This document shows, piece by piece, positions 30,572-39,089 of a stretch of 61,448 bases of DNA; position 1 is the first letter of the stretch, and the number at the start of each line of letters is the position of its first letter. The DNA is taken from positions 1-61,448 of the forward strand of contig CAZQOM010000001.1 of NCBI GenBank assembly GCA_964595145.1. Reading direction: 5' to 3'. Both the position numbers and the translations under genes were made by a program. The DNA is from an uncultured Anaeroplasmataceae bacterium (lineage in GTDB: Bacteria; Bacillota_I; Bacilli_A; Acholeplasmatales; Anaeroplasmataceae). The notes beneath the pieces were generated by a model, which saw only the letters and a list, made by a program, of their open reading frames with translations, was not told the origin of the DNA and did no database searches.

Positions 30572-32011
30572 TTATTTTTGTAAAACAAATTCGATTGCTT
30601 CACCATTAAAGAATGATGTAGTTGTTAATTTAGAAAAATCGTTAGCCATAGTAACTGTTATAGTTGTATTAACAACATTAAAATACTTCATATTATTAGA
30701 TGTTAATGTTAAAGTTAAACCATCTTTAGTATAAGTACCATTTCCAGCTTCTGCACCATTAAAACCTGGACAAGTAACTGTAAAAGTACCATCTTTATAT
30801 ACATTAATATCCATTACAGTTCCATTTGAAGCAATACCTTGATATTTACCTAATAATTCTTTTGCAGGAGCTTCTCCTGATTTTTTGAATTTAACAACAA
30901 CATTTAAATCATCCATATTCTTAACTTCAAAACAATAAATACCTTGAACAATAACAGTTTCTTTAACACCATTTACAGTAACTGAATCAATTTCATATGA
31001 AGAATTTGCATTTGGTTTAACACCTAACCACATACCAACTCTAACTTTATCGTTATTAGCAACTGGATTCATTTGGAAATTATTATTAGCATAATCAAAC
31101 CATGCAACAGTAAATGTTCCATTTTCTGCAGTACCATAAGTTACCTTAGCTTCTGAAGTCTTATGAGTGATATCAGCATCAGTCTTAGTAGTTAAACTAA
31201 CACCATATTCTGCATTAAAGCTTCTTGAACCAATAATACCTACAGTTGGAGCAGGTGTCATAATGGCAAAGTCTAATCCTGCATGATATTCTTCATTCCA
31301 AGATGTTACATATCCTAATTCATTAACATTAATAGTAATATCAGCAGCTGTAGTTTTACCCTTTGCAGCAGGGAAATCTGACATACCATTATCTGTTTGA
31401 TAACCAACATAATCTGGTTTATAATCAACAACTAAATTATTATCTTTTACTGAATATGAAATAAATTCAACTAATTCATCAGCACCAAAAGTTGGTGTTA
31501 ATCCAAAAGTATTTAATTCATAATTACCATCCTTAGAATAAATGAATGTATCTAAAGAAATGCTTCCAGCTTGTTCTTTTGTAACAGAAGTTAAAATTTC
31601 ATTAATCTTAGTTTTAACATCAGTAGTTACTAAAACTGGTTCATCATATGTATTTGAATACATATATTTTCCATTATCCTTATATAATAATTCTTCTGTA
31701 ACAGAACTTGAATCATTAACTAATTTATCTTCCCAAGTCTTTTTAGCATAGAAATAGAAATCATCACCTAAAGTAAATTCAAAATCTACAGTAGATTCAA
31801 TTTTGTGTTTGAAACTAGAGAAATCAGCAGTTCCTCCATTTGCATCAACTGTAATTTCATAATTGTTCTTGAAAGTACCTTTTACACTTCCACTTTCTAA
31901 TTCTGTTTTAAAACCTGACATAACTTCATCAACACTCTTACCACCACAAGAAGTTAATGATAGTGCTGTAGCTAATGTTGCCGCAGCTAATAAAATTTTT
32001 TTTGCTTTCAT
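30572..32011 (-). CDS. Hypothetical lipoprotein (479 aa)
   Basis: It has a signal peptide plus lipobox (LSLTSCGG). I recognised no domain. It is embedded in the ABC/uronate operon. Confidence 0.7.
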   Translation of the reverse strand: MKAKKILLAAATLATALSLTSCGGKSVDEVMSGFKTELESGSVKGTFKNNYEITVDANGGTADFSSFKHKIESTVDFEFTLGDDFYFYAKKTWEDKLVNDSSSVTEELLYKDNGKYMYSNTYDEPVLVTTDVKTKINEILTSVTKEQAGSISLDTFIYSKDGNYELNTFGLTPTFGADELVEFISYSVKDNNLVVDYKPDYVGYQTDNGMSDFPAAKGKTTAADITINVNELGYVTSWNEEYHAGLDFAIMTPAPTVGIIGSRSFNAEYGVSLTTKTDADITHKTSEAKVTYGTAENGTFTVAWFDYANNNFQMNPVANNDKVRVGMWLGVKPNANSSYEIDSVTVNGVKETVIVQGIYCFEVKNMDDLNVVVKFKKSGEAPAKELLGKYQGIASNGTVMDINVYKDGTFTVTCPGFNGAEAGNGTYTKDGLTLTLTSNNMKYFNVVNTTITVTMANDFSKLTTTSFFNGEAIEFVLQK

Positions 32012-32028
32012 TTTCTTTTCCTCATTTC

Positions 32029-32760
32029 TTATTTTATAAATTTTATTTGCTTGAAGTATTCAAATACATTAAATACCTCATTAGACCAAGTTGACCATGA
32101 ATGATTAGCATTCGGAATATATTTATAGCTTATATCAATATTATTTTCTTTAAAGAATTCATCTAATTCTTTTGAAGCCTTAATGATGAAATCATTTTCT
32201 CCAACAGATAAATATACATTTAACTTTTCATTAGCATGAGCTAAACTCACACTTCTTAGTGAATAGCTTTCATCCATATAATCTGGCTTAGTTGCAGGAG
32301 ATAAGCTTACAGCACAATAATATTTATCTAAATTATTCAAATAATGATATAAAGCTCCATATCCACCCATTGATACACCACAAACAGCTAGTGGCATATC
32401 TTTACTTAATGAATTAAAGTTACCATATAAGAAATCTAATATATCCTTTTCAATAAGGTTATAAAAATCATCTATAGCACCCATTTTTAAATACCATTTA
32501 TTCTCGCCATTAACAAAACATGCAGCAACATTGTTTTCTTCACAAAGTTTAATTATTTGTGAATTATTTTGCCAACCTTTTTCATCATCTCCAAAGCCGT
32601 GAAAGAATAAAGCTAGTGGATATTTTTTATCCAAATTAGAATAATAATTATCATCTTTATTACTTAAACAGCCTTGAAGATTTAAGGAAGGAATTACTAC
32701 ATCAAATCTTACTTTTCTGGCAACTGATTTTAAATATGCTTCTATTTGATAATGTGCCAT
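32029..32760 (-). CDS. Esterase-D/CE1-like alpha/beta hydrolase (no signal peptide)
   Basis: It has the nucleophile elbow GVSMGGYGA, an HG oxyanion region (FFHGFGDD) and the C-terminal NHSW pattern of the esterase_D family. Confidence 0.7.
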   Translation of the reverse strand: MAHYQIEAYLKSVARKVRFDVVIPSLNLQGCLSNKDDNYYSNLDKKYPLALFFHGFGDDEKGWQNNSQIIKLCEENNVAACFVNGENKWYLKMGAIDDFYNLIEKDILDFLYGNFNSLSKDMPLAVCGVSMGGYGALYHYLNNLDKYYCAVSLSPATKPDYMDESYSLRSVSLAHANEKLNVYLSVGENDFIIKASKELDEFFKENNIDISYKYIPNANHSWSTWSNEVFNVFEYFKQIKFIK

Positions 32761-32761
32761 A

Positions 32762-34138
32762 TTATTTTTCCTCTAAAGTTATACCCTTATAATTTGCTTG
32801 CCATTCAACTAAATCACCTTTAGCTCTATGAATCATACATTGTAAATAATATTCAGTCATTTCCTTTGCAGCTCTTCTTTCTTCATCAATAGATGTTCCA
32901 ATAGAACCTACATAATAAGGAAGATTTTTTACTAGTTCATAATCTATAGGATTTTGAGTTGTACCAGCAATACCATAGTAAACACCTTTACTATTAGCTA
33001 TTTCAATAGATTTATTTCTATTTGTATCATCTTGAAGTGAAATAATAAAATCACAACCTTGAGCACATAATGTAGTTGCTCCTACATCCTGTGTATTTGA
33101 TGATGTAACAGGATATGTAACAATTTCTAAATTATAGATATCTGCACAATAACCTTTAATATAATCAATATATTTTTGAACTTGGTCATTTACTGAAGAT
33201 GGTACTAAAAGACCACATTTAAGTTTTTCACCAGTTCTTTTTACATCTTCACTAGCATTTGTACCATTAAGTTCATATAATTGCTTGATATCATTTTTAG
33301 ATGATTTGCTAACCCAGCTTGTTAAATTTTCAGAACCATAATTAGCATTAGATTTATCAAAGAATTGCTCAATATTACAATTTCTTAGAGTTGGATGTTC
33401 TTTATCAATTGAATCTATTATTTCCATTGCTTCATATTCATCTAAAGTTTGAATAGCCCAGTTTTCAATTGATAAGCTAAGGGCAGTACCATCAGCATTT
33501 TTCATAGAGCCCTTATTATCAACTGCATCAACACAAGCCTTAACAATAGGTAAAATATGTGCAGCATATTTAGCACTTAAATAAGATAAAGTACCTTGTT
33601 CAAATGCACTTTTATAAACTGTCGAAAAACCAGCCATTGTAGCATTTGAAATATGAATTCCTGAAGATTTAATAGGATCTGATGCGAATTCTACACCATT
33701 ACAAGTAGAAATAACTGCCATAGGCTTATAATTAGCAAAAGGCTTTTTAAATTGAATACTTGAATCCCAGTTTTGATTATTTACCATATAGATAACTGCA
33801 TCTTCTGGTAAATCGCAATTTGCTTCTCTTTTAATTTTAAATGTTTTAGCATCCTTATTACCAGCATCATTAGTTACTGTTATACCATGATCTGCTAAAG
33901 CATCCTTCATTCCTAACCATTTATTAGTGAAATGCTGACCTTCAAATCCATAATAATTATAAAGAGCAAAGAATATAGCATTTTCACAACCCTCAAATGT
34001 TTCTATTTGAGTAGAATCAACTTCAAATCCACCACCAAGTATAAATGCTTTTTCAATAGCACATGATGAAATTGTAGCTGTTACACCTAAAGAAAGAAAT
34101 ACAAGACCTAACTTTTTAAGATATTTTCTTAATCCCAT
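32762..34138 (-). CDS. Lipoprotein, probable type-I periplasmic-binding-protein fold substrate-binding component of the adjacent CUT2 ABC importer
   Basis: The lipobox is TATISSC. It lies directly downstream of the two RbsC-type permeases. The C-terminal half has an alternating beta-alpha pattern. It is larger than a canonical RbsB. Confidence 0.55.
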   Translation of the reverse strand: MGLRKYLKKLGLVFLSLGVTATISSCAIEKAFILGGGFEVDSTQIETFEGCENAIFFALYNYYGFEGQHFTNKWLGMKDALADHGITVTNDAGNKDAKTFKIKREANCDLPEDAVIYMVNNQNWDSSIQFKKPFANYKPMAVISTCNGVEFASDPIKSSGIHISNATMAGFSTVYKSAFEQGTLSYLSAKYAAHILPIVKACVDAVDNKGSMKNADGTALSLSIENWAIQTLDEYEAMEIIDSIDKEHPTLRNCNIEQFFDKSNANYGSENLTSWVSKSSKNDIKQLYELNGTNASEDVKRTGEKLKCGLLVPSSVNDQVQKYIDYIKGYCADIYNLEIVTYPVTSSNTQDVGATTLCAQGCDFIISLQDDTNRNKSIEIANSKGVYYGIAGTTQNPIDYELVKNLPYYVGSIGTSIDEERRAAKEMTEYYLQCMIHRAKGDLVEWQANYKGITLEEK

Positions 34139-34139
34139 A

Positions 34140-35249
34140 TTACTTTCCCTCCTTTGGATTTAAATATTTTTCTTTTCTTAAATACCTTCTCATTTTTATC
34201 CAGTTAATAAATCTATTTTTATCTACCATATAAACTAATACAGCAAATACAGAAAATCCATTTAATAAAGCAGAAACTGTAGAGCTCATATTAACTGCAT
34301 CAAAACCATAAGAGTATAGAATTGTTACACTTACTACTGCAAGTAATAAACCAACAATTTGATTATTATATTTAGCAAGAATACCACCAATAAATATTGG
34401 TAAGAAATTCTTAAATACAGAACCTGATGAACCTAAGTCAACACTCATTGTAATTTGTGTTCCACAAGATGAAATAACTTGATATAAAGCAATTAATGCA
34501 CCAGCGATAATAAATGAAACAACACAATGTAAGAATTCATTTATACCTGTATCAACAGATATTTTTTGATTATAAACTAATGCAAGCTTATTATAACCAT
34601 ATCTTGTATAGCATAATGCTGAAGCCATTAATAAACAAACAATTATAGCAATAGGAATTATAATAACAGGTTCCATAAAGAAGTTTGAAGCTGAATAGCT
34701 ACCTGTAGGAATATTAACTTGTGTAGTTCCATAAACTGACTTAGAAATTACATAAGCAATACCTTCATATATTAAACACATACCTAATGAAATAACAATA
34801 GGTGGTAATTTAGTAAAACATAGAATAATTGAATGAATAAAACCAATTATCATACCAAAAATAATAGACCATAAAATAAATAGGAATATATTTTCAGCTG
34901 AATCAAAGCCAGGTACTATTAATGATGCTAATAAAACTGATAAAATACCTGTAGCACCAAGTGAAAAATCCATACGACCTGAGTTAAGGTTTGTATTTAA
35001 CGCTAAAGCTGCAATTAATACTAATACTGAAGCCTTAATTATAGACATAACATTAATTATTGTTGCATGTCCATCAGTTCCGATAAATAAATGATTTCCA
35101 CCAATTACATTAGCCATAAATACAGCAATAACAACCATTAATACTGGACAAAATAAACTCCAGAATGTTTTTCTTCCTGCACTTTTAAGCTTACGATTTG
35201 AAGTAATTGGATTTTTATTATACTTAATAGGTTTAGAATAATCCATCAT
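34140..35249 (-). CDS. ABC transporter permease, RbsC/AraH (BPD_transp_2) family
   Basis: It is polytopic and has a GRMDFSLGATG motif equivalent to GGIDLSVG. It overlaps the upstream permease by 4 nt. Confidence 0.8.
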   Translation of the reverse strand: MMDYSKPIKYNKNPITSNRKLKSAGRKTFWSLFCPVLMVVIAVFMANVIGGNHLFIGTDGHATIINVMSIIKASVLVLIAALALNTNLNSGRMDFSLGATGILSVLLASLIVPGFDSAENIFLFILWSIIFGMIIGFIHSIILCFTKLPPIVISLGMCLIYEGIAYVISKSVYGTTQVNIPTGSYSASNFFMEPVIIIPIAIIVCLLMASALCYTRYGYNKLALVYNQKISVDTGINEFLHCVVSFIIAGALIALYQVISSCGTQITMSVDLGSSGSVFKNFLPIFIGGILAKYNNQIVGLLLAVVSVTILYSYGFDAVNMSSTVSALLNGFSVFAVLVYMVDKNRFINWIKMRRYLRKEKYLNPKEGK

Positions 35250-36766
35250 TGTATACTACCTCCTGAAGCTAATCTACTTGTTCTTGTATCCCACATATTT
35301 GCTAAAGATACTATAATAAATACCATACCCTTAACAATATATTTATAATCACCTATAGGTGCAACCATATTTAAAGCATTAAAGAATTCCTCTAAGAATA
35401 CCACGAAGAATGCACCAATAACTGCACAACTAACCTTAGATTTAGGACCACCTGATGTTGTCATACCACCAAAAACAATAGCTATAATGACATTTAAACC
35501 AACTTGTCCTAATACTGAACCAGATGGATTAAAGATTTGACCACTCATTGAATTGATATAAACAAATCCACAAATACCTAAACCAACACCAGATATAGCA
35601 AATGAAACAATACCAGCTTTCATTAGATTAATACCATTAAATTTAGCAGCAACCTTATTTGAACCGATAAATTTATTTCTTCTACCTACCTTAGTATAAT
35701 TAAAAATAAACCAACATAACAAGAAGAACACAAGTAGGAATAGAGCATATATCCAAGCATTAGTAATCATACCTGCACCATAAGAGCCACTTAAATCAAA
35801 CATTTTACCATCAATTATTGCATCATTAATAGCTGCAATAATATTCATCATAGTAAGAGTCATAACCATTACTGGTAAATTAAGCATTGTTGCAAATACA
35901 GCATTTATAACACCTAATAAAGCACCAACTAATACTGCAATTAATAATGATAAGAATAAATTTTGTGTACCCTTATAAACTAAACCAGCAATTAATGCAC
36001 ACATTAAAGCAGCATTACCAAGTGACATATCAAATCCACCCTGTGAATATATAAATACCGCTCCTGTAGCTACTAAAGCAACAAATATACCGGAATTAAT
36101 AATAGCAGTTAAATCACCATTATAATTACATAAATTTTTAGCAATAGCATAAGCTAAAATCATAACTATTAACATAAATAATGGAATTAAATTTGTCCAA
36201 AATTTTCTATTAGTTAAAGTTCTTTTTAAATCAAATTGAGCATTTTCTTCTATCACTTTTGATCTTAAATTATCAACAGGAGATATTTTTTCATTAATGT
36301 AGTACATTAAATTAACATATTCAACATGTAAATCATATCTTTTTATTTTTTGAGCTTTTCTTGCTTCATAATTAGCATTATTAGCTTTGATTTTAGCTCT
36401 TTTTGCAACTATTTCAACGCCCTTAATTACATTTGAATATTCTTTTTTATCATCCTTAGTTGGATTTGAAATATTTGAATAATCGATTTGAGCAGTAGCT
36501 AAACCTTTTTCTTTATTAATAGCTATTTCTTCTATTTCTTTTGCAGTAGCAGAATTAATTTCTAAAATACTATCATTAATACTCTTTTTTAATTCAGAAT
36601 CCTTTAATAAATATTCTTCCTTAATTTTTTTAGCAAATTCTTTTCTAGCTTCTTTAGTCTTATTATCATCAGATAAATAGAAAGCATAAGCACTATCAAC
36701 TAATTCTTGGCTAAAATATTTAGGATTTATTTTTTCTAATTGACTTTTATCTATAATCTTTTTCAT
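35246..36766 (-). CDS. ABC transporter permease, RbsC/AraH family, with an N-terminal Lys/Glu-rich extension of about 185 aa
   Basis: The core carries the GGFDMSLGNAAL motif. The first roughly 185 aa are hydrophilic and low in complexity (KEARKEFAKKIKEEYLLKDSELKK...). Confidence 0.8.
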   Translation of the reverse strand: MKKIIDKSQLEKINPKYFSQELVDSAYAFYLSDDNKTKEARKEFAKKIKEEYLLKDSELKKSINDSILEINSATAKEIEEIAINKEKGLATAQIDYSNISNPTKDDKKEYSNVIKGVEIVAKRAKIKANNANYEARKAQKIKRYDLHVEYVNLMYYINEKISPVDNLRSKVIEENAQFDLKRTLTNRKFWTNLIPLFMLIVMILAYAIAKNLCNYNGDLTAIINSGIFVALVATGAVFIYSQGGFDMSLGNAALMCALIAGLVYKGTQNLFLSLLIAVLVGALLGVINAVFATMLNLPVMVMTLTMMNIIAAINDAIIDGKMFDLSGSYGAGMITNAWIYALFLLVFFLLCWFIFNYTKVGRRNKFIGSNKVAAKFNGINLMKAGIVSFAISGVGLGICGFVYINSMSGQIFNPSGSVLGQVGLNVIIAIVFGGMTTSGGPKSKVSCAVIGAFFVVFLEEFFNALNMVAPIGDYKYIVKGMVFIIVSLANMWDTRTSRLASGGSIQ

Positions 36767-36778
36767 ACCTTAACCTCC

Positions 36779-38848
36779 TTAGATCATATATTCAACAATT
36801 TCTTCTTGAGTTAAATCTTCACTTCTAGTAAATTCATGTGATATTTGGCCATCCTTCATAATTAAAATACGGTCAGACATACCAATAAGTTCTGGAAGTT
36901 CCTCAGAAATCATTAAAATTGCTTTTCCTTCTTTTTTCATTTTATACAATAATTGATAAATAAATTGTTTAACACCAATATCAACACCACGAGTTGGACA
37001 GTCTAATATTAATATTTCTGAATCATTGGCTATCCACTTAGCTAAAGAAACTTTTTGTTTATTACCACCTGATAATCTAGAAACTAAATCCTCAGTTGAA
37101 TTACATTTGATTTGTAATTCTCTAGCTTGTTTATTAACTAATTTCTTTTCTGCTGATTTTGTTACAAAGAAATTATATTTAGCAACATTATTAATTGAAG
37201 CTATTGCAATATTATCAAAAATTGAAGATTTTAAAGCTAATGCTTCAACATCTCTATTCTTTGATAAATAACCGATTTTTTGTTTCATTGCAAATGTTTC
37301 ATTTTTAACTAATAAATCAAGATTTTCACCACAGTATACAAAACCACCATCTAGGTGAATATTACCAAATAATGCTTTACCTAATTCATGCATACCACAT
37401 TCAGATAAACCACCAATACCAAGTATTTCACCTTTATGAAGTTCTAAATTAATATGTTGTAACTGTCTTGCATAAGATGCATCTACCATTTTTAAAACAA
37501 CTTCATCACTAAATGAGCCATCATAATCTGAACGATAATAATCACCTTGAAGTTCACGACCAATCATATATTTCTTAATCGCATCAGCATCAAATTCGCC
37601 CTTTGCTTTATCAAGATTTGCAACTATATTACCATCTCTTAAAACTGTTAAAGTATCACATTTTTCCATTAATTCTTCTAAATCGTGAGAAATAAATAAA
37701 ACTGATTTACCTTGTGATTTTAATTCATTCATCTTTTTATATAATAAATTTCTACCAGTTTCAGATAAAGCCGTTGTAGTTTCGTCTACGATGAAAATTT
37801 CAGGATTCTTATTTAAACATTTAGCAATTTCGATTAACTTTCTTTGTTGCATATCATAAGCAGCAGTTATCATACCTGGATTAATATCATTAACACCGAT
37901 TTTTGATAAAGCATAAGCTGCTTGTTTTCTCATTTTTTTACCATTAACGAATAAACCAAAAATTGCAGTTAAAAAGAAATTCTTAATTTTTCTTAAACAT
38001 TTTGATTCATGAATTTTCTTTAATTCATTAATAGAATTAATATAATGATTTTTTAAATATATTACATCATTATTAATAGAAGTTCTAATTCTATAAGAAT
38101 CATTATCAATTTTCTTACAAAGTTTTCTATAAGCTGTCTTATGCTCATTATGAGCATTTTCTCTTCTACGAGCTACTAGATATTCTTCAACATTATCTTC
38201 ATTTTTGTCATAGAATTCATCAATCTCTTTTTCTCTTACAACAAACTCATTGAAAATCTTTCCTGCTTCTAAATCAAATCTCTTATCTTCATTTTCAATT
38301 TTTCCTACATTAGATTCAATTAATTTTTTATTCAATTCTAAATAAAGATTCTTTAAAGTAGTTTTTATTTCCTTTAAAATCACTTTAATTTGTGCTTTAT
38401 CATTAGTATTTTCTAAATCTTCTTTAGCCTTTAAGTAGTGTTTGTCAAATTCTTCTAATGATAAATTAAAAAAGTTAGAGAAATCTTCAATTTTTTTATC
38501 TTCAAAATAATTAACACCTGAGAATTTTTTTAATTCACCTAAGAAAATATTCTCAGCAACTGAAATCTCTGAAATAGTACCACTTTCTTGAACAATAATA
38601 CCAATTCCATTTTCTAACGCATCAATCATAGATGCTGGTTCCCATATTTTACCGTGATATTCCATTGATCCAGAAGTTCTAGGATAAATACCAGTCATAA
38701 TGGCAGACATTGTAGATTTACCACTACCATTTTCACCAATAAATCCTCTTATTTCACCAGGATAAATTTCAATATCAACATCATTTAGAGCTATAGTAGG
38801 CCCAAATTGCTTAACAATATGAGTAGCCTTAAAAATAGGTTTTTTCAT
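36779..38848 (-). CDS. CUT2-type (RbsA/MglA-like) tandem-NBD sugar ABC ATPase with an insertion of about 190 aa in NBD1
   Basis: NBD1 has Walker A GENGSGKST, the Q-loop IIVQESG, Walker B IFIVDETT and FISHDL. NBD2 has LSGGNKQKV and ILILDCPTRGVD. A Lys/Glu/Asn-rich block at about aa 108-305 separates the NBD1 Q-loop from the signature region. Confidence 0.85.
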   Translation of the reverse strand: MKKPIFKATHIVKQFGPTIALNDVDIEIYPGEIRGFIGENGSGKSTMSAIMTGIYPRTSGSMEYHGKIWEPASMIDALENGIGIIVQESGTISEISVAENIFLGELKKFSGVNYFEDKKIEDFSNFFNLSLEEFDKHYLKAKEDLENTNDKAQIKVILKEIKTTLKNLYLELNKKLIESNVGKIENEDKRFDLEAGKIFNEFVVREKEIDEFYDKNEDNVEEYLVARRRENAHNEHKTAYRKLCKKIDNDSYRIRTSINNDVIYLKNHYINSINELKKIHESKCLRKIKNFFLTAIFGLFVNGKKMRKQAAYALSKIGVNDINPGMITAAYDMQQRKLIEIAKCLNKNPEIFIVDETTTALSETGRNLLYKKMNELKSQGKSVLFISHDLEELMEKCDTLTVLRDGNIVANLDKAKGEFDADAIKKYMIGRELQGDYYRSDYDGSFSDEVVLKMVDASYARQLQHINLELHKGEILGIGGLSECGMHELGKALFGNIHLDGGFVYCGENLDLLVKNETFAMKQKIGYLSKNRDVEALALKSSIFDNIAIASINNVAKYNFFVTKSAEKKLVNKQARELQIKCNSTEDLVSRLSGGNKQKVSLAKWIANDSEILILDCPTRGVDIGVKQFIYQLLYKMKKEGKAILMISEELPELIGMSDRILIMKDGQISHEFTRSEDLTQEEIVEYMI

Positions 38849-39089
38849 AAATACACCTCTTCTATAAATTTTTTCTAAACATAAAAATACTACACACTAC
38901 TAGTATGTATATTTTAACAAACATAAAAACGTTTTTTAATCACTTTTCTAGTACATTTTACTTCGTTTTTTTGTCATTTAATAATGAAAATAACAAAAAA
39001 ACTTTCAAGAATGACAAAAAACTACACTTTTTATTAGATTTTTTTTAGTTTATAGTTTATAATTAATATATAAGGAGGTTAGATTATTT

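Noticed and set aside
39035-39063. TATAAT at 39058-39063 as the promoter of the AraC-fusion gene
   Set aside because: The -35 is poor (TAGATT), and the predicted start would fall on the Shine-Dalgarno sequence (39072-39078). The real promoter is probably further upstream.
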